Source: Ylistrum balloti (lineage: Eukaryota). From it: 64,000 nucleotides of DNA. This document shows, piece by piece, positions 15,001-25,466 of this stretch. The stretch covers positions 806,001 through 870,000 of the forward strand of contig NW_026781915.1 of the NCBI RefSeq assembly GCF_031769215.1. The letters are read 5' to 3'. The translations under genes and the position numbers were made by a program. Position 1 is the first letter of the stretch; each line of letters starts with the position of its first letter. The notes under the pieces were generated by a model. That model was not told the origin of the DNA, made no database searches, and worked only from the letters and a program-made list of their open reading frames with translations.

Positions 15001-18000
15001 AACCATCCCCTCAACCTTATCCTACTCTTATGAAAAATCCACACAGACCCTGCGAACAAGTAAGATTTAGACTTAATCATACTACTGCTTCCATTTTCAA
15101 AATTCCAAATCGATATGCTCCAACATTATACAGAAATCAAATATCATCCAAGCCAATTCTACGGGAAATATTATCAGAGTTTATAAAACTTCCAAAATAT
15201 CCATTCTACGTAAGAAAGGAGGTCAGAAGGGGTGAATCAACTGCCAGACTGACCTGGCCTACAAATGTGAAGTTTTTGTTGAGGCTGAAGAGCTGTAAAG
15301 GGTTCTTCATCTGGAGTAAGAAGCTGCCGTTATTGTGAAGCAGTGTCTGGTTCTCCATGACACCAAACGTCGCATTATCCAATGCCATAATGGTACAGTT
15401 CCCCAGTATGTTGTCCTTGAGGTACCTAACACCTACAAAACACATTTCTATCAAGACAGGTCTATCACAAGTTTCCTACATTTAGCGGTACTTGCCGTAT
15501 GCAATAGTTTTTACTACATTGAAAATTTGACTTATGACTGGAAGACTGACTGGTTAAATTCTTCCAGTATTCTTTCGACTTCTCTGTCAGGGAAGAGTCA
15601 TCAATACAGTAAGTGAAAATAGACCATAGAAGAAAAGTATCGGCAATTTGGAAATAGTAAATAGCAAGAAATGGTGAAAATCCAAAATGTCAAAATCGAA
15701 ATGACGCGAGAACCAGTACTGAGAATACCCGGGGTATGTTTACAAGGGAAGATAAAACATGTGGAACCTTTACCTTAATCATGTATGTTCGTGAGTTTCC
15801 TGTATGGCAATTTATGTCTTGTCATTAAGATTTTGCGATAGTGAGTTTTGTAGTGATTGTGAAGTAATCGCGGTAGTGATTGCTTGCTATGTTTATTGCT
15901 CGGGAATAGCATATTTTAGAGAGAAGCCTCCTTGTAATAGCAGATATCAACCTCTCTGAAAACAAAATAGGAGGTCCATCTCATACTTTACAGAATAAGA
16001 TTTCCTACACTTCCTATGGATTCAACTGCGACAACCCAGAACTCTTCATGATCGCAGCGACATGGGAAACAATCTACGGAGTAACGATTGAACTACACAT
16101 ATCTGATTATTATTTTTATGCGACACGCAGCGAACTGGATTTTCGCAACCCTTTGTGTTTGAAAGTGATGTTTTGCGAGTCTTGTAGTTATTAGTTAGTT
16201 ATGCCTATGTAACATTTGAATTTTGATTGCTAATAATATGGTGAAGTTTTGTTATGAATATAAGTATATTACCTCCGTAGAAGTCGTCTATTTGTGTAAT
16301 GGGGTTGATGTTATAGAAAGGTGGACCTAGTCTTAGTGGGCGATAGTCTATCCTGACCAGTCGGTAGGCCTCATCATACCACACCTGTATCAAAATGACA
16401 AAAATTAATTACAGATTACAATATCAAAGTCAAAATTTTCAAAATAACTGTCGAATGGTTCGCCGATATAATGTTATTCTCCCGTCTTTTGTTTTTTGGA
16501 ATATCATAGAAATATGAATATGCATATTTCATGACATAAACTTGTTGTGACGTCATAAATAATTCATGTATTGATGACGTCACATGCTTGTCCCGGTAAT
16601 GAAAAACGTACCGTTCGCGTCGAAATGAGTATATTTTTTCAGAAATATGGATTATATGATGAATAGATTATCACACTCGTGGCGGTATAGTAAAAGATTT
16701 ATCAAATTCGTTCTACAGTTTTATATGTCATTGCCTAATGTTTGATCCTCTATTTATGAATCATTTTTATAATTAACATGTAATTCTAGATATTCCCATG
16801 TCCTGCAACATTGACTTACGTCGACAGACGTCATGTATCCGTCTTCAGGGGAGACAACTTCCTGTCTGTAGTAGAACTGTTTTGGTAAGGAAGGTATCCG
16901 TCTGGTCTGTTGTCGCCCAGGACATATCACTCCAGCTGGCGTCTGGCGAAAAAACAAACATTCTTCATTATCTTTTTTTATTTTTCCCTCGTTACTAGTG
17001 TGAAATTCAGTACAATCACGGGGGCTAATCCGTAAGGCCATTAAAAAGCTCTCTTTTCTTCCATTATGTTTAAATTGCTTCACATCTTATGCTCAAAACA
17101 GTCCATCACATGTTCACAAAGACATTTAATCATACTTTTGAACCACACCAAAACATAATATATAGTGATATACCCCTTCATTGTATTTACCTCAAACAGT
17201 GAATCATCTCCGGCGAAAGGTTTAAAAGCATAAAAGTCATACACGTGCTGGAAATTCTGTGGTCCGGAAGGCTTGTTCAGGATGCCCTTTACATCCGCCC
17301 GCACAGGCACTGTCACAAAGTCTGATGATGTCTGCCAGCCCGGAACTTCCACCAAACAAAATTTCAGACATAAACAACTTTCTCTGTACAGTATTCGCAT
17401 TACATGCTAATAACTTTACAACCATGCGTAAATGTCCCCCAATGAAAAAAATTGTGTTGAATCTTGGGAGGTTGTCGAAAATAAAGTAGACGAAAATTAA
17501 CCTGATAAATAGTCCATGATAAAGTAAATAGTAATTTACCTGAGGAGTAGTAGTCGATAGTAAAGACTACAGGGATTTACCTGAGAAACAGTCCATGGTA
17601 AAGTGGACAATAATTTACCTGAGAAACAGTCCATGGTAAAGTGGACAATAATTTACCTGAGAAACAGTCCATGGTAAAGTGGACAATAATTTACCTGAGA
17701 AACAGTCCATGGTAAAGTGGACAATAATTTACCTGAGGAGTAGTAGTCGATAGTAAAGACGACAGGGATTGACCTGAGAAACAGTCCATGGTAAAGTGGA
17801 CAATAATTTACCTGAAAAGTAGTAGTCGACTGTAAAGTTGGCGTTTTCTCTAGCCCAGTATAGACATGCCTGCCAATGGTATACAGCAATACCTCCGATT
17901 ACGTCTTTGCCAATATATTTCTATAGATAAAAACAATGATAAAAGTTGAAAAACTCATTCATACATTTCCCTGAAATCAAGCTGATTTCTTTGAGCAAAA

Positions 18001-21000
18001 ATTAGATAAATAATGTTATTTTCCCTGTGTTTAATTTGTCTTGCTGTGGACAGAATCTCAGCCAAATACATTTGATCCCCTAATTTTAAAGTTTGAGAGG
18101 GAACATCATGTTTTCCTTCAATATCAAATTGTATTACTAAAAGATTGAAATTTCTTTCCCGATATCAAGTCTGTGGATTTGGTACACCAAGATCGCCCTC
18201 CGCTCAAAGTTGTAGTGAAAATCAATGTTGGCGAAATTGATGTGAACCAGGATATTTGTATGTGAATGATTTTGATTCTGATTTTGTCTCAGAATGTCCC
18301 AGGCAGTAATCAGTTTAATTTTGAGGAGCGAGTCTGTTATTTATATAACATTCTTTTGATTAAGTTTTGTTTCTATTATTAGACAGTCTTTATAATTTCG
18401 ATGAAACCCGAGGAAAATTCTAAATTTGAATAAGTTATAAGATTTTCCTCATGTCCTTGCCTATCACTAGTCTCTCCGACACACATTATTTGATTTCGAG
18501 ACGTGAAGGTGCGACCTGCATCCTCCTCATGGGCTGGAACCATGTGCGATAGGTTTTGATAATTATTGATATTGAATAGTTCCCCGTCCTAATGTTGTCT
18601 AAACATAATCAAAGTCTTTCTAATCTCCTAATATAACAGTTCTGACCTATTTTTATCTCTATTTCTCCGAGTATGTCGCGCCTGCTCTTTCAGTCCTGCG
18701 AGGACGGTTCTCATAAGGACCGCCGGTTACAGTCCCATCCGCCGGACTGTATGTTAGTGGTTAGTGTATAGAGTAGAGATGGTAGCAATTCCACGTTCCA
18801 TTCCGAGTCATTCAACGGATTGAAACACTAATCACACCTCTTGAGTGTCCTAAATTTCTGTATATTATTCTGTTCAGACTCCATACACCTGTCCATATAG
18901 ATGACGTTTTATGATTTTGTATGAGAACACACTGATAAATTATTAGATAATTTCGACTTTTTCCTATACAAAATATACCTCCAATCCAACCTAATTGGTT
19001 TTGGGATTTCTGAGACTTTTGTAGTGTGGGACTTTAGATTCTAGATGACGACTTCAGGTCCATTAACGTAGAATTACAATACGACTTCAGGTCCATTAAC
19101 GTAGAATTACAATACGACTTCAGGTCCATTAATGTAGACTTACAATACGAGTTCAGGTCCATTAATGTAGAATTACAATACGACTTCTGGTCCATTAATG
19201 TAGAAATACAATATGACTTCAGGTTCATTAATGTAGAAATACAACATGACTTAAGGTCCATTAATGTAGACTTACAATATGACTTCAGGTCCATTAATGT
19301 AGACTTACAATACGACTTCAGGTCCATTAATGTAGAATTACAATACGACTTCAGGTCCATTAATGTAGAAATACAATATGACTTCAGGTTCATTAATTTA
19401 GAATTTAGAGTACGAGTTCAGGTCCATTAATTTAGAATTAAGAGCACGAGTTCATTTCCATTAATTTAGAATTACAATATGACTTCAGGTTCATTAATGT
19501 AGAAATACAATATGACTTCAGGTTCATTAATTTAGAATTTAGAGTACGAGTTCAGGTCCATTAATTTAGAATTAAGAGTACGAGTTCATTTCCATTAATT
19601 TAGAATTACAATATGACTTCAGGTTCATTAATTTAGAATTTAAAGTACGAATTCAGATCTATTAATTCAGAATTTAGAGTACGAGTTCAGGTCCATTAAT
19701 TTAGAATTAGTTCCTCCTTCCTGTGTTGTAGTGGTATTTCGTCTGATGCGACTAATAGATTAATTGATGACGTAATTACAATAGTTCCTAATGTTGTTGA
19801 ATCTTGAATAATTGTCATAAAACATTGCGTGTGTTTGGTACCTATGTTGTAATGACGCTTTGATAGGCCTAAGAAATAAAAGGATCCAGGAAGATGAACA
19901 ACACTTTTTTATATCTTGTTTCAGTCAGGTAATTCTATGTTTTGAAGCCAAAAAGTCTGAGAGAGAGTAATCATAAGGGGGGATAAATCAGTGTTTCTAA
20001 AGCCGAAATCGCAATCAAACACTGAATCGAGAGGGAACTAATCGGGATGTTTCCGTTCAAAACGAAAATTAACAGAAGAAAAAAAACAGAATAAAGATAA
20101 TTAAAGTCAATGATGTTAAATAATGATCTATATTTGTGGTGTATTAATTGACCATCTTTTGGACAGTGGTACAGGGTTAATCAATGTATTTTGATGTTTG
20201 TTTACCTCTCCATATTGTTTACCAAACTTTAGGGCAGTGTCACTAGACAAGATATGATTGTAACCGTCCGAGTCATATACACCAAACACGTCAGCATACA
20301 GGCTGTCTGACAGTGATGAGAGAAGACAAACTCCATCTACAGAAGAGCATTTACTCAACTTCAAGAGAAACATTAAATATTTTTGAAAATCATCACAGAA
20401 TCAAAATTAATAAATGGAATACACAGAAAGATGAACTAAAATTAAGACAACGTATATTAGAAGCAGAATTCATCCCATTGAGTTCATATTATTTTCATCA
20501 ACGAATTTTACTTTAAATGCGTTTTTTTCCCTCTTTCAACTTAAAAAAAGTGTTAAATAAGCTTTTTGTTGATGACAACGTCAGTACGTATAAATGATGG
20601 CATGATAATATGATAATACTATTGTTTATATTGGCATTGGTAAGACACTTATATCCTTTTGAATATATAGTATAGACCTTACCTGTCACATTGTACAATT
20701 CATTTGTTTCGTAATTAAGTATAATGCGGTTTTCTTCGCCGTTCCTGTAGGTGACGAGTGCCGCTCTGTTGCCTAAATTGTCAAAGTACACAATGATGTC
20801 CTTGGTTGTGTTTAATTCAATCATGTTCACTTCGATGTTTGTCTGGAAGCTGTTAGGCAGATCTGGTAAACTAGGAACATATCCTTGGACACCTGGTGAT
20901 AATATAGGAAGTAAAAGGGACAGCGTATTAGAAAGACAACTACCTTGCATGCTACAGGCGACCACTGTATACTAGTGGAATGGTCAACACGCGAAACAGA

Positions 21001-23106
21001 TAATTACATATTACTGGTGGAATGGTCAACACGTGAAACAGAAAATTACAGAATACTATTGGAATGGTCAACATGTGAAACAGATAATTACATATTACTG
21101 GTGGAATGGTCAACACGTGAAACAGAAAATTACAGAATACTATTGGAATGGTCAACTCGTTAACGAGACAGCTGCTGAATACTGGTAGAGTGGTCAACAC
21201 GTGGAACAGGCAATTACTAAATACTATTAGAATGGATAACATGTCAAACATGCAACTACAAGCCATCGGCCAACTGGTCAACACATAAGCTACGAAATAC
21301 TGTTTGACTGGTCAAAACTATGGAAAACTGTCAAATGGTTAACACATTAGACTCGATGATGCATCTTGCTCTCAAACAGAAATTGGTAAACTTCTTATCG
21401 TTGTTTCATGTAACATAATAAGCTAAGAAACAGAGAATTTACTTTTTTCATCTGTGTGTATGTTCAAATTTCAAGGGCACAAAATGTGGTTGTGCTATAC
21501 TGTGTTAACCCAAAAGCGGAATGTTACAATTGTCGGTATGCAGTAGTTTGTCCTTAGTGTTAAACTGTTTCGATATTCCAATTCTGCACTTTGGATGTTG
21601 ACAGATGCGGCAAATACATTATAATTAACGAGTAATGTTATCTTTATTACATTATCTAAATAAATGTATTGTTCTTAATTTCGAAAAAAAAAACGTCCAG
21701 ACTTACTCGGGTATGTTGTCATCGAATTGAAGGCATCACAATGATGTCCCTGCTGCTGAGAAATGGCGGTCACCAGGACAGAGGCCATTACAAAGACGGA
21801 CAGCCACTGAAAATAACATGATGGAAAAGTGAAAATGTGGACATGCTCACAAATATGTGTATTGCTTAAGAAATATATACATTAACGGGATCTTAATTCA
21901 AACACAAAATAAGAGCAAAAGAAAGATGTGCACGGAGACATAAAAGTACAAGGATAATAAGGCCAAATGTTCCGGAATGGTAAGGGTCTTCTGCTTCATC
22001 GACGACACCCGCCATGTAAATCTTGGTTAATCCAGGCAAGTAATGTCACTTTCCAAATGAAAACAAGGAAAACAACAACAGAAACACATGAATTAACGAG
22101 CATCAAACATATCCAGCTCAGCATCGCTCAAAGAAATAGAATATTTATCAATGAGCTCATTATGACGACTTCATAAATTCCCCTACTCTTCTCTTGAAAC
22201 CCTGCTTGTGTGAGTTTGTCTGTCGGTTCCCGACATCTTTCATGAAATCGTGATGTTGAGACTTGGTCCTAGAATATTGAATCAACTGTGACATGTAAAC
22301 ACCATAGGTCGGGAATGCGCAGGTGTTGCTATCCAACAATGGAAAATTCATAACAGGGATATTGAAATGATTGAATTTATCATACAGCTCGGTGGATAGT
22401 TGTCCCTGTTGGTTTCAATGTAGGAAAACATCGAGGTAAGCGAATAATGCAGAAAAGTTTGTTGCGTCACTGATTTCCAAATTTGGTGGGTATATACGGT
22501 GGAGATGGCCAATAAATTATTGTTATTTATAGATAATACGTCACCAGTATTTCTGAAAGTGAAATTAAAGGACTTCACAATTTGTGAACTGTTTTGATAA
22601 CACTTCTATTTATTTAGCCTCGTATGAAAACAAAAACAAGTAAGCCAACAGAACGCCAATAGTCTGGTGAAAAATTTGGACACCAAATTCGACGAAGGTT
22701 AACCGGAAACTCGATCATGTTTATGATTTCGTAATCCGTAAATGTGTATGATTTAGACGTATTGTGTTCATTTATTTTGGTGTACAAAAATAATGAAGAT
22801 AAGAGAGTATATGTTTATATAAAGTACAGATAAGCATATATGAATATTTGCAAACAAATTTATGTTTGTTAATTATTTTAAGGAAGTTAAATACATGTAT
22901 ACAGGAACACGAAGTTCCAGTATAATTTCATATCGGGACTGTCTACTATACCGATATTACTAGTCCACATAACACCTGATTAGAAGGCGTTCGATATGTC
23001 AGTGAGAACATCTATGTTTCCTATATAGCCTGAGTAGATCTATATTAACGACCAATTAATATAAAATTAATACACATCATTCCATTGTACCCGTACTTAC
23101 CGCCAT
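1..23106 (-). CDS. Multi-exon gene for a large secreted modular protein (signal peptide, 3 ependymin/LolA-like domains, 2 SEA-like domains each with an inserted PAN/Apple domain); 3' end lies outside the window
   Basis: 26 exons joined through GT..AG introns with consistent phases and no in-frame stop. N-terminus MAWLSVFVMASVLVTAIS is a signal peptide. Two CxxxC..CNSFDYCP..C..CxHY PAN motifs. Three P.LP..F...E..V.YD and F..P..C ependymin-like motifs. Domain names are from motif recognition only. Confidence 0.85.
50..420. repeat. Degenerate short tandem repeat
   Basis: agtcagtaacaatgtgtatcatctct recurs at ~201 and ~309, with weaker copies around it. Confidence 0.45.
777..895 (-). CDS. Gene 1 exon 25 (RTVQDSTIPSPSIEQAYTRLKNAVYTGQFNVSIPNGEM..)
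   Basis: AAG acceptor, phase 1; two in-frame donors (exon ends at 783 or 777); paralogous to exon 15. Confidence 0.78.
1343..1567 (-). CDS. Gene 1 exon 24: PAN/Apple domain 2
   Basis: GCADIC..FPCNSFDYCP..FCFL..TCYHY; attttag| ... A|gtaagt; 225 nt, phase 1-1. Confidence 0.9.
1623..1966. mobile_element. MITE/fold-back element with ~75-bp terminal inverted repeats
   Basis: acatcctcgattctccagggg..ctctctgcacccctggagcatgtcatagcaaaattga at the left end matches the reverse complement of ~1893-1966. Confidence 0.8.
2088..2261 (-). CDS. Gene 1 exon 23 (GKFHPFLDIYSKIFKL..SVIRFQGTQV..RIPFM), SEA-like N-half
   Basis: tttgtgttgcag| ... G|gtaaac; 174 nt, phase 1-1; paralogous to exon 13. Confidence 0.82.
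3025..3290. repeat. 65-bp tandem repeat, ~4 copies (intronic)
   Basis: atgataacatggacttc at 3041, 3106, 3171, 3236. Confidence 0.9.
3448..3574 (-). CDS. Gene 1 exon 22 (LGLFLSYDFFDFEEVSHPDLSIFDIRKC...QFP)
   Basis: ttctcttcacag| ... G|gttagt; 127 nt, phase 0-1. Confidence 0.87.
4111..4209 (-). CDS. Gene 1 exon 21 (..GGWTEVSADSRDLTFSQPVRMEITIMQ)
   Basis: Donor CAG|gtaaaa; two in-frame AAG acceptors are possible, so the 5' boundary is uncertain. Confidence 0.72.
4744..4857 (-). CDS. Gene 1 exon 20 (KSVRDQLTSGYETIVH...RYFFLQ)
   Basis: ctttttctag| ... CAG|gtaaac; 114 nt, phase 0-0. Confidence 0.82.
5615..5793 (-). CDS. Gene 1 exon 19 (GVAYNIDRDFENCTVV...YKFIGQ)
   Basis: cctccttcag| ... CAG|gtaaat; 179 nt, phase 1-0. 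Confidence 0.88.
6241..6355 (-). CDS. Gene 1 exon 18 (IWYDSFYKFVRYDY...HDFNT)
   Basis: ctttacag| ... CAG|gtaggt; 115 nt, phase 0-1. Confidence 0.88.
7153..7250 (-). CDS. Gene 1 exon 17 (GTLTPVAMPKLSGQFSYSQEV...YSAK)
   Basis: ttcatttcag| ... AAA|gtaggt; 98 nt, phase 1-0; paralogous to the 3' part of exon 7. Confidence 0.83.
7625..8440. mobile_element. Non-autonomous Helentron/HINE-like interspersed element with internal ~130-150-bp subunits
   Basis: aaattcaagatgg..cattttg..tgatcagt.tcaaaatcaa..aatttga.aaa subunit at ~7793 and ~8234; gacagacgga..cggac near the end; family assignment is by resemblance only. Confidence 0.5.
8461..8500 (-). CDS. Gene 1 exon 16 (MVDYVAVDTQVQE)
   Basis: tctgtttgaag| ... 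AAG|gtgagt; 40 nt, phase 0-1; required to join exons 15 and 17. Confidence 0.7.
9199..9314 (-). CDS. Gene 1 exon 15 (RNVNGPRAPEVTMLDAYAALRIAIYNQILVFQIQEDTGQ)
   Basis: attttcag| ... CAG|gtagga; 116 nt, phase 1-0. Confidence 0.83.
9665..9892 (-). CDS. Gene 1 exon 14: PAN/Apple domain 1
   Basis: ECATFC..FTCNSFDYCP..SCRL..ACSHY; gttttcag| ... A|gtaaga; 228 nt, phase 1-1. Confidence 0.9.
10366..10530 (-). CDS. Gene 1 exon 13 (ALFNQDTADVFKLKTRLLIAETMSVSPIRIQDV...RTPAT), SEA-like N-half
   Basis: tggtcag| ... CAG|gtaaga; 165 nt, phase 1-1. Confidence 0.83.
10605..11125. mobile_element. Probable second HINE-like element remnant
   Basis: tttgatcccc, and accaa.tttggttgaaatc twice (~10909, ~10988), then gacggttgacaaag..acgacacataagctc; boundaries approximate. 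Confidence 0.4.
12897..13020 (-). CDS. Gene 1 exon 12 (AEFYRMYNIIDFNNDHPDLSVFEISPC...RFP)
   Basis: ctctgacag| ... CAG|gtttgt; 124 nt, phase 0-1; paralogous to exon 22. Confidence 0.87.
13610..14195. repeat. ~45-bp intronic minisatellite with degenerate ends
   Basis: Unit aggtcctg(g/a)tgaagtctctggacaagtcagtattcacctatctat, ~12 copies. Confidence 0.88.
14362..14448 (-). CDS. Gene 1 exon 11 (REMYDVPNHG...GVPVQLTVSSDSET)
   Basis: ttttcttgtag| ... ACG|gtaggt; 87 nt, phase 0-0. Confidence 0.82.
14595..14705 (-). CDS. Gene 1 exon 10 (RRCREMQCNVFSSVV...IEAYFLG)
   Basis: ctttaccag| ... GGT|gtaagt; 111 nt, phase 0-0. Confidence 0.82.
15254..15432 (-). CDS. Gene 1 exon 9 (GVRYLKDNILGNCTI...FTFVGQ)
   Basis: ttttgtag| ... 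CAG|gtcagt; 179 nt, the same length as paralogous exon 19. Confidence 0.88.
16273..16384 (-). CDS. Gene 1 exon 8 (VWYDEAYRLVRIDY...DDFYG)
   Basis: gatacag| ... G|gtaata; 112 nt, phase 0-1; paralogous to exon 18. Confidence 0.88.
16820..16942 (-). CDS. Gene 1 exon 7 (TPAGVICPG...PSLPKQFYYRQEVV...TSVD)
   Basis: ttttcgccag| ... GAC|gtaagt; 123 nt, phase 0-0. Confidence 0.85.
17191..17345 (-). CDS. Gene 1 exon 6 (VPGWQTSSDFVTVPVRADVKG...DDSLFE)
   Basis: The only phase-compatible acceptor I found is AAG, so the 5' boundary is less certain; donor GAG|gtaaat. Confidence 0.75.
17490..17830 (-). repeat. 38/41-bp tandem array copied from the exon 5 3' end plus its donor site
   Basis: CAG|GT motif with the G at 17811, 17773, 17732, 17694, 17656, 17618, 17580, 17539, 17501. 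Confidence 0.9.
17812..17920 (-). CDS. Gene 1 exon 5 (KYIGKDVIGGIAVYHWQACLYWARENANFTVDYYFS)
   Basis: tttatctatag| ... CAG|gtaaat; 109 nt, phase 0-1. Confidence 0.85.
19047..19709. repeat. 33-bp intronic minisatellite, ~20 copies, two sub-variants
   Basis: gacttcaggtccattaatgtagaattacaatac unit, drifting to a ..ttagagtacgag variant on the right. Confidence 0.95.
20206..20336 (-). CDS. Gene 1 exon 4 (DGVCLLSSL...KFGKQYGE)
   Basis: ctgtag| ... GAG|gtaaac; 131 nt, phase 1-0. Confidence 0.85.
20683..20892 (-). CDS. Gene 1 exon 3 (VQGYVPSLPDLPNSFQTNIEV...NELYNVT)
   Basis: pyrimidine tract..ccag| ... G|gtaagg; 210 nt, phase 1-1; inside ORF 20513-20965. Confidence 0.85.
20970..21300. repeat. 42-bp intronic tandem repeat, ~7 degenerating copies
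   Basis: tggaatggtcaac at 20976, 21018, 21060, 21102, 21144. Confidence 0.85.
21707..21806 (-). CDS. Gene 1 exon 2 (WLSVFVMASVLVTAISQQQGHHCDAFNSMTTYP)
   Basis: ttttcag| ... A|gtaagt; 100 nt, phase 0-1; hydrophobic signal core. Confidence 0.8.
21960..22620 (-). mobile_element. Decayed Penelope-like retroelement: C-terminal part of the reverse transcriptase plus 3' tail
   Basis: FNFTFRNTGDVLSINN (mutated YIDD), IYPPNLEISD, AYLDV, LSTELYDK, NFP..YGVYMSQLIQYSR across frameshifts and a stop; lies in intron 1 of gene 1. Confidence 0.75.
23101..23106 (-). CDS. Gene 1 exon 1, coding part (MA)
   Basis: acagtaATGGCG|gtaagt; the phase 0 donor fits exon 2 and completes the signal peptide. Confidence 0.65.
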
Positions 23107-25466
23107 TACTGTTGTTGGGTGGATGTAAATAGGGGAGTTCACACGGTAGCCATTAGAGTTGAGACAATGGTACCCGTTATCACATCACACATGTGTATCA
23201 CCTGTAATCACATGTGTACTTATCTGTAAGATGTACTCGGTGTGTATGAATGTGGTATCGGGTGCTTTATCATTCGATCAGATATAGGGGTCAAAGTTTA
23301 TTTTATATACAGTAAAACATTAATAATCAGTAGCTAGCGTAATATATACCTGTTACAGCAGCTAGATCAGGAGCAAGGAGCCTTATACCTGTTTTTTCGG
23401 ACCGTTGCGTAATTCCCGTTTTCTAGTACACAAAACATTAAAAAAATGTCCGTTTAGAAATTTTAATCATTTGAATCGCTTACAAGATAAGTCTGTATGT
23501 AAATATTTCTTTATCATAGTTTCACGTGCATATTATCGCTTTAACACGTCAACAAAAAAACAAAAAGGAACATTTTTATTTACAAAATTCCATATGCATA
23601 TATACCCTTGGTAGTTCTTTTCGTTCTTTAAAACACTAATTGTTTTATTAAAATCCTTTAGTCTAGGCACTTAAATCTCACATATGTCCGTCAAACACGA
23701 TTTAATTATTTAAATACTATCAGTATTCCAAATCCTTCCTTGTTTTAAAAAATATAAGCAACATACACTCCATATGAGTTTTCGTGTTGTTTCCTTTCGC
23801 ATGGTTTATAATCCCATCCTGAAAAACAAGGTAACTGGCCGTATTTAATAGTTATGATGTTACACACTATTTAAACGGACAACGAAATAAATAACACAAG
23901 TTACCTTCACGACCGTATTACACAGTGTAAATATTACGTATAATCTGTGATTAGTATAACGGTTTTATCGCCTGGGATACCGGAAGGAAACTTTGTGTTT
24001 TGATTATATTTATCGGAATTATCGTTGTATTTGTTTCCATTTGATGAAAACGTAAAGAGTAGACCCTTGCCATGATCATACATTTTGTACTTTAATGTCA
24101 GCAAGAAGCGTTATCGATTTCAAGCGATATCACATTGAACTCAACCACGTGAAGGACATATTAATTATCCTATGACGGTACGAATATAATCTGATTAGGT
24201 TAAACACTCCCCTTGTCGGGCCCCACCACAGGTAGACTTAAATATATGCATGTCTTAAAGCTGCCGTGTGGTTGGAATGTTATGTCACCTGCCTAAAGCT
24301 ATACCTGTCACCGCCCTTGATGGTCCCGGGGACAATCATCACAGTCAAGACGTGGTCAAGATTGGACATATTATCATGTACCTACAGGACACCGTGTTTA
24401 CATTTGGAAGAACGCCACGTGTCGGAATTCCAAACAGAAGGTAGATGATTACACACAACTACAACGGTTCATTCTTTGATTGTTTCATGTTCCACCAAGC
24501 TAATTACACACGTGATATGTATGCAATGTATTAATACAAACATGAAGAGCTGAGGTGAGTTTATTTCTCTGGCTACCTCCCGCTCATGTCATGAACTGAC
24601 ATGACCCCTTAGTATCAGGAAACTCCCAATTGTACCAGGTGGACGTGCTACCGGGTATTATATAGTTTAGATTGCTTGGAATTTCTCTCAATTTGTTTTT
24701 TGTTGGTTTTTGCTTTGTGTTTACACGTCATTCTGGGTATGCCTCCAAGTCACTTTTTTGCAACATACTGATAGAATAGATGGATATACCTTTCAAAGAA
24801 GGGAAGTAATTCAATGATCGCCGCGGTCGTCTACCTGTATGGGGCACCAGAGGGGATCTCTCCGTGTCATAATACGGAATTAAACCTGTGACGGTTAGAT
24901 GAGTTTCAGTTCTGGTCCTCAAGGAGCATGAAGGAATAAGGGAAAACAGAGTTTAATAATCTAATCATCAATTTTTCTTGAGAGGTATTAAGAGGCAAAA
25001 TTACTTTAGAAACTCCACGTTCTGTACTCTCGGTGCAGTACAGTGCTAGTTATGTACTACGAAATCAATATAGTTAAGGCTTACATTAGACACGATCGTA
25101 TGCATTACATCATGCCTTGATAGAGAGAGTCTTGTACAATTCGCATAGCAAGTGAACGTTGTCTGTATAATCAGCTTAACTGACGTATCAAGGTAATGTA
25201 ACGTTTGATCCTGATATGATAGTACTACGGCAAATATACACGAAAAACATTGTGGGTCAAACTTTGTCTAATATCAGACCAGTATCAGATATACTATAGC
25301 TACTGTATAAACGTATACAAAATCAACAGCATTTGTACACAGTTGACAGTTTAATGTCATATATAATTTTACTTAATTAACATATCTTTAATATATCTCA
25401 CAGGTAACATGGAGACGAGATCGAGACGCTACCTGTGATAAGCGGCCGACGTAGGTCGAGCATGAA

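Noticed and set aside
19034-19393. 119-aa ORF of MDLKSYCNSTL repeats
   Set aside because: Translation of the 33-bp intronic minisatellite; exons 4 and 5 join in frame without it.
20893-20965. MVACSMQGSCLSNTLSLLLPILSPG as the signal peptide of gene 1
   Set aside because: This is the pyrimidine tract of an acceptor read in frame; a better signal peptide comes from exons 1-2 with matching phases.
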